Positions 40,209 through 49,154 of a stretch of 64,000 bases of DNA are shown here, one piece after another (positions within the stretch are counted from its first letter, which is position 1; each line of letters opens with the position of its first letter). The translations under genes and the position numbers were made by a program. The stretch comes from Candidatus Latescibacterota bacterium (GTDB taxonomy: Bacteria > Latescibacterota > UBA2968 > UBA8231), in NCBI GenBank assembly GCA_965243025.1, contig CBDETY010000003.1:6656001-6720000 (forward strand), in the 5' to 3' direction. Under the pieces are notes generated by a model. The model saw nothing but the letters and a program-made list of their open reading frames with translations, was not told the origin of the DNA and made no database searches.

Positions 40209-42308
40209 ATGCCGCGGGCGTTGCTGAAAGGAGTTCTCGCTGCGGCCCTGGTTCTGCCGGGGGGGGAATCCGCGGCGGAAGTCCAGGTCTGGCAATTCGG
40301 GGGAGGAAACGGCAGGCCCTGGGGTGAAATCACCGATCTCAACGTCCTCGTGGACCTCTCCGACCCGGGGGTGCTTCAGCCTCGCGAGCTCGACCCCGGC
40401 GAGAACCTGCTGCCGCATCTGCACCCCTGGCACGACGCCAGAAATCCGGAGGACATCCACTATCAGAACGGCGAGCCCCGCATCTGGCGCGGCGGCGAAC
40501 ACGATCGCTCCAAACTGCTCAAGATGCTGCCCCTGCTGTTCATCGACGGCGATTTCGAGACCGCCTCGGTGAAGCAGGATTTCGGGCCCGGCGGGAACAA
40601 GATGCACGACGAGTACTACACGATCGACGTCGGCGCACCCGTACCGGCCGAGCGTTTCGCCGTGTTTCCCCCGGAGGGAATCGACCACGTCACCGGCGAG
40701 CCGTACGGGAACTTCACCCCGCGGCAGTTCGAGTTGTCCGCGGGCAACGACGCCGAGGCCATCGCCCTGGAAGAGGCCACCGGGGCACCGGTTCCCGGCG
40801 GTTCGAACCTCTACACGACCTGGTGCGAGGATGCGGTCTCGGTCCGTCTCGAGTGCGACTACAAACCGCTCGAAGTGCTCCTGCACACCACCACGCAGAA
40901 TTTCGAAGACCTCATCGACGTCACCTTTCCCGTTCAGTACCTGCGCTTCTTCCGCATACGGCCGTTCCACGACGAGTACTGGAGAGGGCACACCGCCTAC
41001 GGGGTCGACTACCGGCTCGCGTACGCCGAGTTCGCGGTCTACGGACGCGGCTTCGTTCCCGAGGCCAGGTGGGAGTCGCAGGTGGTCGATCTCGGGGCGG
41101 AGTACAACTTCGGCCGCCTTGATTTCGGGACCAGCTCCCTGCGCAAGGGGGAGGACGGAGTTGTCGAGGAGATCGATGCCCGGACCGACGTCGAGATAGA
41201 GCTGAGAACCGGGGACGACGAAACCCCGGTGGCCTTCTTCGGCTTCAACAGCCGCGGGGCGCACGTCGAGGTCCCGGCGGAGGAGTACGAGGACCTCAGG
41301 TTCAACATCCGCCAGCCGCTGGCCAACGAACAGCATATCGGCTGGCGCGGCCCGGTCGGACACGACAACGCCAACTGGGGCTTCTGGTCGGCCCCGGTAC
41401 GGGAGTCGGGAGCAAGGCCGCGGGTCGGCAAGGCGCGCTACTTCCAGGTCCGGGTGAAGCTGCGGACCGATGAGCTGTGGGAGTTTGACCGCCTCGATTC
41501 CCTCGGGGTGGAAATCTCCCCGCTCCTGGCCCGCGAGGTCCTCGGCGAGGTCGCGGTGCTCGAGGACCTGCGCCCGGAGGGCAACCTCGCCAGGGTGCGG
41601 GCGGGGGAGATCGCGGAGTTCGCGTACGACATTGGCGCCGTGTTTCTCGGAGAGGAAGCCGGTTTCGACGCGGTGCGCCTGATGACCCCGGCGTCGGCGG
41701 AGTTTCTCGGCCTGGAGATGGGCGAGCCACCCGTGGAGGTGACTCCCGACGCCGTCTTCGAGGAGACCTCGGGTTTCACCGTGCACCTGCCGCGCCGGGT
41801 CGAAGCGGGGGATCCGCGGCTTCGCATCCGGCTGGCGAGCGCCCTGTACGGCGCTTCGGCAACCTTTGCCGGCGAGGTGTTCGAGCGCGCCGGAGAGGGG
41901 TTGCCCCAGGCGATCGAGCCTGGTGACGTCAGTGACGAGATGGGAACGAACCGGCTGCAGGTGGTGGCGATTGCGTCATCCCTGGGGAACGTCCTCGGGC
42001 GGGTCGAGATCGAGCCGCCGGTTTTCACGCCGCAGGGGGACGGGGTCAACGACCGGGTGCGCATTCTCTACTCGATGCTGCGCCTGCACGAGGGAGCCGG
42101 CGTCGAGGTCGGGGTGTACTCGCTGGGCGGCGAGCGGGTGCGAAGACTGGATTCCAGGACTCGGGGGGCGGGACTTCACGCCGCCGAGTGGGACGGACGC
42201 GACGCCCGCGGTGAGCCGGTGCCTCCGGGGCTCTACCTGGCACGGGTCGAGGTCGAGACAAGCCAGGGGAGTTTCGAGCGCCTGCTGAGGATCGCCGTGG
42301 CCTACTGA
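40209..42308 (+). CDS. secreted discoidin-like + FlgD-Ig C-terminal domain protein, paralog 1
   Basis: Signal peptide; IDGD..T / TIDVG / RFFRI / AEFAVYG discoidin (F5/8C) pattern; C-terminal FTPQGDGVND...EWDGRD.RGEPVPPGLY...IAVAY. Confidence 0.8.
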   Translation: MPRALLKGVLAAALVLPGGESAAEVQVWQFGGGNGRPWGEITDLNVLVDLSDPGVLQPRELDPGENLLPHLHPWHDARNPEDIHYQNGEPRIWRGGEHDRSKLLKMLPLLFIDGDFETASVKQDFGPGGNKMHDEYYTIDVGAPVPAERFAVFPPEGIDHVTGEPYGNFTPRQFELSAGNDAEAIALEEATGAPVPGGSNLYTTWCEDAVSVRLECDYKPLEVLLHTTTQNFEDLIDVTFPVQYLRFFRIRPFHDEYWRGHTAYGVDYRLAYAEFAVYGRGFVPEARWESQVVDLGAEYNFGRLDFGTSSLRKGEDGVVEEIDARTDVEIELRTGDDETPVAFFGFNSRGAHVEVPAEEYEDLRFNIRQPLANEQHIGWRGPVGHDNANWGFWSAPVRESGARPRVGKARYFQVRVKLRTDELWEFDRLDSLGVEISPLLAREVLGEVAVLEDLRPEGNLARVRAGEIAEFAYDIGAVFLGEEAGFDAVRLMTPASAEFLGLEMGEPPVEVTPDAVFEETSGFTVHLPRRVEAGDPRLRIRLASALYGASATFAGEVFERAGEGLPQAIEPGDVSDEMGTNRLQVVAIASSLGNVLGRVEIEPPVFTPQGDGVNDRVRILYSMLRLHEGAGVEVGVYSLGGERVRRLDSRTRGAGLHAAEWDGRDARGEPVPPGLYLARVEVETSQGSFERLLRIAVAY

Positions 42309-42334
42309 CGGCTCGGCGGCATGGTGGCCCGGTG

Positions 42335-44377
42335 ATGAACCGTCTGCTCACAGCGATAACGGTCGGCTGCGCCGCCGGCCTCGGGCAGGTTGCCGCCGAG
42401 GTGGAGGTCTGGCAGCTGGGCGGCGAGGGCGGCCGCCCCTGGAGCGGGTTCACCAACGAGAACGTCCTCGCCGACGACTTCACGAACCCCGCGGTTCTGC
42501 AGCCCCGCGAGCTCCTCCCGGACGTCAACATCCTGCCGCAGCTGGGACCGTGGCACACCGTCAAGCACCCCCCCGATTTCCGCTATCGCGACGGCCAGCC
42601 GCGCATCTGGAGGGGGATCAACTACGTCTTCAAGAGGCTGTTCTTCCCCGGCAAGTACGTCGACGGCGATCCCAACACCGCAGACGTGAGCAACGACCTC
42701 GCTCCCTGGAGGATCGACTGGGAGTTCTACACCATCGACGTCGGCGGGCGCATACCCGCCGAGCGTTTCCGCTTCTATCCCCCCGAGGGCATCGACCACG
42801 TCAGCGACGTGCCGTACCGCCCGAATTTCAATCCGGTCGGGTTCCAGCTGTCGGCGACCAACGACCCGGAGACGCTTTTCCTGGAGACCACCGCAACCAA
42901 CGAGGGGAAACCGGGCGACTACATGCCGCTCGACGCGGTGCTGTTCACGACGAGACAGCACTACGAGCCCACGGGCGTCATCGACATCGACTTTCCGCTG
43001 CAGTTCTTCCGTTTCTTTCGCATTCGCGCCTTTCCCGACGATCCCGAGATCTGCCCCCCGAGCCACGGCGGCAGGTGCATCCGCAGACTGGCCTGGGCGG
43101 AGATGGAGATCTACGGCCGCGGCTTCGTCCCCGAGGCGATGTGGGAATCGCAGGTGGTCGACCTCGGAGGGGATTTCAATTTCGGCCGGGTGATTTACGG
43201 GGTCGGGAAGTGGCGCCGGGACAGGCAGGGAGAGCTGGTCCCCGCCCCGGAAAGCACCGCCAAAGTCGAGGTCGAGCTGCGCACCGGCGGCGACGTCAAC
43301 CCGATAGCCTACTTCGGATTCAACAGCCGCGGGGGACACGTCCAGGTGACCCCGGAGGAGTACGAAGCCCTTAGAGTCGTGCGGCCGGAGCGCGACCCCG
43401 AGCTGATCGGCTGGCGTGGCCCGGTCACCCACGACAGCGAAAACTGGAGCTTCTGGTCCTCCCCGCTGCGGGAGTCCGGGGTGAGGCCGCGGACCGGGAA
43501 GGGCCGTTACTTCCAGCTCAGGGTGCGGCTGCAATCGGACGAGGTCTGGGAGTTCCTGCGGCTGGATTCACTGGCCGTGGAGATCTCGCCCCTGCTCGCC
43601 GACGAGGTGGTCGGTGAGATCGCCGCCCTGGACAACCTGCGTCCGGAGGGAAACCTTACCAGGGTGCAGGCCGGAGTCGCGACCGAGTTTCTCTACGACA
43701 TCGGCGCCGAGTTCTCCGGGGGCAAACCCGGTTTCGACGCCGTGCGGCTCATCACTCCTTCCGAGGCGGACTTTCTCGGCCTGGAGATGGGAGACCCGCT
43801 GGCCGAGGTGGAGCCCGAGGAGGTGATCGCCGAGCCGGGCGGCTTCACCGTGTACCTGCCGCGCAGGGTCAGCGATTCCGGACAGCCCCTCCGCATCCGG
43901 CTGGAGAGCGCGCTGTACGGCGCCTCCGGCACCTTTGCAGGGGAGGTTTTCGACCGCCGGAGCGGGGACCTGCCGCAGACAATCCAGTCAGGCGACGTCA
44001 GCGAGGAGATCGGAACGGACCGGCTGCAGGTAGTGGCGGTTTCCGGTTCGTTCGGCGGGGTCCTGGGACCGGTGGCGGTCGAGCCTCAGACCTTCACCCC
44101 GCAGGGGGACGGAATCAACGACAGGGTGCGGATAGGCTACACCATGCTGCGCGTCCAGGGGGAGGTCGAGGTCGAGGTCGACATTTTCGCCCTGGGAGGT
44201 GAACGTGTCTGGCGCCGGGACTCCCTGACCCAGAGGGCGGGCCGTCACGCCATCGAGTGGGACGGCCGCGACGGGCGGGATGAGCTGGTGGCCCCGGGGC
44301 TCTACCTCACCCGGATCAGGGTTTCGACCAGTGAAGGGGATTTCGAGCGCCAGCGACTGGTCGCCGTCGCCTATTGA
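42335..44377 (+). CDS. secreted discoidin-like + FlgD-Ig C-terminal domain protein, paralog 2
   Basis: Colinear with paralog 1 (LQPREL, GQPRIWRG, PAERF, YGRGFVPEA, IGWRGP, WSFWS, GRYFQ); ends VAVAY. GTG at 42332 is an alternative start. Confidence 0.8.
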   Translation: MNRLLTAITVGCAAGLGQVAAEVEVWQLGGEGGRPWSGFTNENVLADDFTNPAVLQPRELLPDVNILPQLGPWHTVKHPPDFRYRDGQPRIWRGINYVFKRLFFPGKYVDGDPNTADVSNDLAPWRIDWEFYTIDVGGRIPAERFRFYPPEGIDHVSDVPYRPNFNPVGFQLSATNDPETLFLETTATNEGKPGDYMPLDAVLFTTRQHYEPTGVIDIDFPLQFFRFFRIRAFPDDPEICPPSHGGRCIRRLAWAEMEIYGRGFVPEAMWESQVVDLGGDFNFGRVIYGVGKWRRDRQGELVPAPESTAKVEVELRTGGDVNPIAYFGFNSRGGHVQVTPEEYEALRVVRPERDPELIGWRGPVTHDSENWSFWSSPLRESGVRPRTGKGRYFQLRVRLQSDEVWEFLRLDSLAVEISPLLADEVVGEIAALDNLRPEGNLTRVQAGVATEFLYDIGAEFSGGKPGFDAVRLITPSEADFLGLEMGDPLAEVEPEEVIAEPGGFTVYLPRRVSDSGQPLRIRLESALYGASGTFAGEVFDRRSGDLPQTIQSGDVSEEIGTDRLQVVAVSGSFGGVLGPVAVEPQTFTPQGDGINDRVRIGYTMLRVQGEVEVEVDIFALGGERVWRRDSLTQRAGRHAIEWDGRDGRDELVAPGLYLTRIRVSTSEGDFERQRLVAVAY

Positions 44378-44406
44378 AGGCCGCCATCGCGCAAGGAGTC
44401 GACACC

Positions 44407-46458
44407 ATGAGAAAGATGCGGATGCCAATTGTCCTGTCCGGCGCGTTCGCCGCCCTCCTGCAGGCCGGGGATACCCACGCCAAGGTACAGGCCTGGCAGT
44501 TCGGCGGGGCAGGCGGCGAGGTCTGGAGCGAGTTCGCCGACTCGATCGGAATCGTCCTTGCGGACGACTTCACGAATCCGTCGGCCCTGCAGCCGCGGGA
44601 GCTCGACCCGGAAGTCAACATCGTGCCGCAACTGAGACCCTGGCACGGCTACAAATACCCGCAGGGACACCTGTACCGGGACGGCCAGCCGCGCATATGG
44701 CGGGGGGTCAACAACACCTGGAGGTGGCTGTTCTTTCCCCTGACTTTCGTCGATGGCGATCCCGGTACTGCCAATGTCTTCAATCCCCTGATCAGGACCA
44801 ATCAGGAGTACTACACCCTCGATCTCGGGGGGCGCGTACCCGCCGAGCGCTTCCGCTTCTATCCCCCCGACGGTATCGACCACATAACCGACGTGCCGTA
44901 CCGGCCGAATTACGTCCCCGTCGGCTTCGAGCTGTCGGCGACCAGCGATGCGGAATGGATCGCCGAGGAGGGCATCGCCGAGACCGGTTACAACCGCCTG
45001 GAACACCTGCTGTTCACCACCAGGCAGCACTACGAGCCCTCCGGCGTCGTCGACATCGAGTTCCCGCTGCAGTACCAGAGGTTCTTCCGCATCAGGGCGT
45101 TTCCGGAATCGGTCGATATCTGCATCCACAGCGGCATCCACGAGCACTGGAGAGGGGAGTGCATCCGCCGGCTCGCCTGGGCGGAGATGGAGGTCTACGG
45201 CCGCGGGTTCGTTCCGGAAGCCATCTGGGAATCCCGGGTGGTCGATCTCGAGGGGGAGTTCAGCTTCGGCCGGGTGCAGCTGTGGACGAGCAGGTGGCGG
45301 CGCAACGAGGAGGGGCTGCTCGAGCCGGCTCCGGGGAGTCCTGCCCGCGCCGAGGTGGAGCTGCGGACCGGAAACGACGAGGATCCGACCGCCTGGTTCG
45401 GGTACAACAGCCGCGGCGGGCACGTCCAGGTGACGGCGGAGGAGTTCGAGGGGCTGCGGGTCAACCGGCCGGAGATCGATCCCAAGGAGATCGGCTGGCG
45501 CGGACCGGTGGCCCACGACCACGAGAACTGGAGCTTCTGGTCGTCGCCGATCGCCGGTTCGGGATCGCGCCCGCGGGTCGGAACCGGCCGCTATTTCCAG
45601 ACCCGGGTCAGGCTGTACACCGACAGTGTGTGGGAGTTCGCGCGTCTCGACTCGCTGGCGATCGAGTATTCCCCGCTGCTTGCCGACCGCATAATCGCCG
45701 AGATCGCCGGCATCGACAACCTGCGACCCGACGGCAACCTCACCAAGGTCCTTGCCGGAGAGAGAACGGAGTTCGTCTACGACCTGGTCGCCGAATTTTC
45801 CGGGGAGAAACCCGGCTTCGACGCGGTGCGCCTGTTCACCCCCTCCGAGGCGGAGTTCCTCTCTCTGCAGATGGGGGATCCCCTGGCGGAGACAGCGCCG
45901 GACGAGGTGGTCGAGGAGGGAGCGGGATTCACCCTGTACCTGCCGAGAAGGGTGGCGGCGGGAGAGCCGCCGATACGAATCGAGCTGGCCACGGCGCTCT
46001 ACGGCGCCTCGGGAACGTTCGGCGGCGAGGTGTTCGAGCGCGGCGGCGAGGGGCTGCCGCAGACCATCGAGGCCGGGGACGTCAGCGACGCCGTCGGCAC
46101 CAACCGGATGCAGGTGGTCGCCTTCACCTCCTCGCTCGGGGGGGTCGTCGGAGCGGTGGAGGTCGATCCCCCGGTTTTCACGCCCCAGGGGGACGGCGTC
46201 AACGACCGCGTGCGGATCGGCTACTCGATGATGCGTGTGCAGGGTGAGGTCGAGGTCGAAGTCGGGTTGTTCTCGTTGAGCGGGGAGCGGGTCTGGCACC
46301 GGCGGTCGGGCACCGGGGCGGGGCGGCATTCGGTGTCATGGGAAGGCCTGGACGACCAGGGGCGCCCGGTGCCCCCGGGGCTGTACCTCGCCCGCGTGAA
46401 AGTCGCCACAAGCGAAGGGGACTTCGAGCGCCTGCAGCGCGTCGCCGTGGTCTATTAG
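44407..46458 (+). CDS. secreted discoidin-like + FlgD-Ig C-terminal domain protein, paralog 3
   Basis: AAGGAG RBS then ATG 44407; signal peptide ending THA; same motif series; ends VAVVY. Confidence 0.8.
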   Translation: MRKMRMPIVLSGAFAALLQAGDTHAKVQAWQFGGAGGEVWSEFADSIGIVLADDFTNPSALQPRELDPEVNIVPQLRPWHGYKYPQGHLYRDGQPRIWRGVNNTWRWLFFPLTFVDGDPGTANVFNPLIRTNQEYYTLDLGGRVPAERFRFYPPDGIDHITDVPYRPNYVPVGFELSATSDAEWIAEEGIAETGYNRLEHLLFTTRQHYEPSGVVDIEFPLQYQRFFRIRAFPESVDICIHSGIHEHWRGECIRRLAWAEMEVYGRGFVPEAIWESRVVDLEGEFSFGRVQLWTSRWRRNEEGLLEPAPGSPARAEVELRTGNDEDPTAWFGYNSRGGHVQVTAEEFEGLRVNRPEIDPKEIGWRGPVAHDHENWSFWSSPIAGSGSRPRVGTGRYFQTRVRLYTDSVWEFARLDSLAIEYSPLLADRIIAEIAGIDNLRPDGNLTKVLAGERTEFVYDLVAEFSGEKPGFDAVRLFTPSEAEFLSLQMGDPLAETAPDEVVEEGAGFTLYLPRRVAAGEPPIRIELATALYGASGTFGGEVFERGGEGLPQTIEAGDVSDAVGTNRMQVVAFTSSLGGVVGAVEVDPPVFTPQGDGVNDRVRIGYSMMRVQGEVEVEVGLFSLSGERVWHRRSGTGAGRHSVSWEGLDDQGRPVPPGLYLARVKVATSEGDFERLQRVAVVY

Positions 46459-46580
46459 GAAGGTTTCAGGCGTTTCCGGCTTTCATCGACCCGGGTCGGT
46501 CTCGACCGATGGGGACCTGCTGGCCCGGAGAGGAACGGCAGCGTCCCTCCGGGGCGACGGCGCGGAAGGACGGATCGCCG

Positions 46581-47990
46581 TCACAACGGCTCCCCGGCGG
46601 CGGGGTTTCCCTCGATCACGTGCTGGATGCGGGCGTAGCGCTGCATGATGGCGAGGACCTTCTCCTCGAGCTCCCCGAGCAGGTTGGCCGGTGTGTCCTC
46701 CTGCTGGTTGGCCGAGTAGATCGTCGACTGGAGCAGGGCCGTGACCTCGGGCCAGGTGTAGTGCATGTACACCGGCGGGATTTCGTGGCGCAGCTCGGCG
46801 AACAGCTGCAGCAGCTTCTGTCCCCCCAGGTAGTCGAAGCGGTCGTTCAGCAGGCGCGGGTCCTGGTAGGCCTCGTGCAGGGCCGGCACCATCCTCGTCT
46901 TCAGCACGTCCTGCACCGCCAGCTCGGGGTTGAGGAACAGGTACTTGGCGAACTCCCAGGCCATCTCCTTGTTCTTCGCCTGCTTGGGAATCAGGTTGGT
47001 CGTGCCCCCGAGGGTCGAGGTGCGCCGGCCTCCCTCGCGCCACACCGGCATCGGCATCGCCCTCCACTTGCCCGCCTGTTCCGGAACGTTCTGACTGAGA
47101 AACCGCAAGAACCAGTCGGTGGCGAGAAAGGTCAGTATTTCGTCCCGCTTGACCGCACCCCAGAAGGAAGCGGTGTCGCGAATCGGATAGGCGACCCGGT
47201 GCTCGTTGAACATGTCGCTGTAGAACTCCAGCACCTGGCGCCCGGCGGGGCTGTTGATGGCGAAACGGCGGGGGCCGTCATCGCCGCGGGTATAAAGGGC
47301 CCCGTCGTTCTGCAGCAGGAGCTGGATGAATTCCCAGCCTGCGGAAAGTCGCAGGGCGATCCCGTAGCGCGGGTTTTCCGGATCGACCTCGCGGGGGCGG
47401 GACACTTCCCTGGCGACCCGCACCATGTCCTCCCAGGTCTCGACCACGGCAGGCAGGTCCGGGTAGCCGAGCGACTCGAGCAGGTCCCGGCGGTAGAGGA
47501 GCACGACCGGGCACAGGTCCTGGGGCATGCCGAAGACCTTGCCGCCGTACGAATAGGGGGCGAGACGGGCGGCGACCACCCGGTCGAGCCACGGTTCGTC
47601 CCCGAGCCGGACCGCCAGCTCCGAGAGATCCTCGAAAGGGACCTCCTCGGGGTCCCCCTTGAAAAAGCGGTTGACCGAGGTGATCTCGATGTCGACCATG
47701 TCCGGCGCGCCGTACCCGCGCACGAAGGCGGCGGTCAGCCGGTTCATCAGGGAACTGAACGAGAGCAGCTTGACTTCGACCCTCCATCCCGGATGCGCCG
47801 CTTCGAAGTCGACCTTGGCCTCTTCGTAGTCCTCGTAATGAACCCGTTCGAAAGTCCAGTAGGTCAGCGTCTGTCCCCCCTCCCTTCTCGCCAGGGTGAG
47901 GGTCGCGGCGGAAACCGCCAGCAGGAGGAACATGACGACCGGCGTACGGCCGAGGGGAAGGGAATCGAGGATTTGGGAGAGGCGGCTCAT
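46581..47990 (-). CDS. carbohydrate ABC transporter substrate-binding protein (SBP_bac_1 type)
   Basis: N-terminal hydrophobic anchor; motifs TLTYWTF, GAPDMVDIE, GMPQDLCPVVLLYRRDL, GKWRAMPMP and AWEFAKY. Start uncertain (47990/48023/48068). Confidence 0.85.
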   Translation of the reverse strand: MSRLSQILDSLPLGRTPVVMFLLLAVSAATLTLARREGGQTLTYWTFERVHYEDYEEAKVDFEAAHPGWRVEVKLLSFSSLMNRLTAAFVRGYGAPDMVDIEITSVNRFFKGDPEEVPFEDLSELAVRLGDEPWLDRVVAARLAPYSYGGKVFGMPQDLCPVVLLYRRDLLESLGYPDLPAVVETWEDMVRVAREVSRPREVDPENPRYGIALRLSAGWEFIQLLLQNDGALYTRGDDGPRRFAINSPAGRQVLEFYSDMFNEHRVAYPIRDTASFWGAVKRDEILTFLATDWFLRFLSQNVPEQAGKWRAMPMPVWREGGRRTSTLGGTTNLIPKQAKNKEMAWEFAKYLFLNPELAVQDVLKTRMVPALHEAYQDPRLLNDRFDYLGGQKLLQLFAELRHEIPPVYMHYTWPEVTALLQSTIYSANQQEDTPANLLGELEEKVLAIMQRYARIQHVIEGNPAAGEPL

Positions 47991-48082
47991 TTGTCTGGAG
48001 GCGGTGGTCAGAGATCCGTGCATCGGGCCTCCGCAGATCAAACTGTCGAAAACCGACCCCCGCGGCAATCCGGAAAAGACCG

Positions 48083-49117
48083 ATGGCGACGAGAACCGCG
48101 GTGACAGGAGCCGGCGTCATGGGCAGGCAGCATCTCAGGGCCCTGGCGGCGATACCGGAGGCGCACGTCGTCGCCCTGGTCGATCCCGCGGACGGGCCGC
48201 GCGAGGAAACGGCCCGGGAGTTCGGTGTGGCGGCGGCCTACGCAGATGTGCAGACCATGCTGCGCGAACAGAGCCCGGACTACGTGGTGGTTTCCTCTCC
48301 GCCTCTTTTCCACGCGGAACAGACGGTCGCGGCGTTCGGGGCCGGAGCCCACGTGCTCTGCGAGAAGCCGTTGTGCATGAGCGTCGCAGAGGCTGAAACC
48401 ATGATCGGCGCCGCCGTGCGCAGCGGCCGGTTGTTCACCGTCGGCTACCACCACCGCCAGCGCCCCCGCTACCGGGCGATGAGGCGCTTCGTGGCCGAGG
48501 GCAGGCTGGGACGGGTATACCACACCCGCGTCTGGGGCGGGCAGGTCATGAGCTACCCGTGGGGGCGCTACCATCACAGGAAGGAGTTTTCCCTCGGCGG
48601 CGTGGTCGCGGCGACCACCATCCATCTCCTCGACGCGGCCATGTGGGTCGTCGGCGCCCGGGACCCGGTGACGGTCAGCGCCAGCACCTTCCGGCGCATC
48701 GACAAGATGCGCGACCCCCCGGTCGCTTTCGAGGGCGCTCCCGCCGACGTCAGCGTCGAGGACTTCGCCCATGCGCACGTCCGTTTCGGCGACGGTTCCT
48801 CGATGTCGGTGGAGGGCAACTGGCTCGATCATCCCGGGACCCGCACCCTCGGGTTCGAGGTCCACGGCGTCCTGGGAATGATCCGGGACGACGCCGGCGC
48901 GGTCGAGCTGGAGCGCGGCGGCGAGATCGAGGAAGAGCCGCTGGAATTCCCGAAGGAGCCGGGCAACCTCTACCAGGCCGAGCACGAGGAGTTCCTCGCC
49001 GCCATGGGCGGACGCGGCGAGCCGCTGGTGCGCTTCTGGGAAGCGCTGGCCATGCAGAAGATCCTGACGGGGATCTACGAGTCCGCCGAGGCCGGAGCCG
49101 AGGTGCGTCTCGATTGA
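48083..49117 (+). CDS. Gfo/Idh/MocA-family oxidoreductase
   Basis: Motifs GAGVMG, HVLCEKP, GRLGRVY, HLLDAA and VEDFA. Confidence 0.9.
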   Translation: MATRTAVTGAGVMGRQHLRALAAIPEAHVVALVDPADGPREETAREFGVAAAYADVQTMLREQSPDYVVVSSPPLFHAEQTVAAFGAGAHVLCEKPLCMSVAEAETMIGAAVRSGRLFTVGYHHRQRPRYRAMRRFVAEGRLGRVYHTRVWGGQVMSYPWGRYHHRKEFSLGGVVAATTIHLLDAAMWVVGARDPVTVSASTFRRIDKMRDPPVAFEGAPADVSVEDFAHAHVRFGDGSSMSVEGNWLDHPGTRTLGFEVHGVLGMIRDDAGAVELERGGEIEEEPLEFPKEPGNLYQAEHEEFLAAMGGRGEPLVRFWEALAMQKILTGIYESAEAGAEVRLD

Positions 49118-49154
49118 GCTTCGGGGCGCGGCCCGTCTCCTGCGCGCGAAGGCG

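Noticed and set aside
40209-46458. Flagellar hook-cap (FlgD) or glycoside hydrolase annotation for the paralogs
   Set aside because: Only the C-terminal Ig-like tail resembles FlgD, no flagellar genes are present, and I could not recognise any GH catalytic motif.
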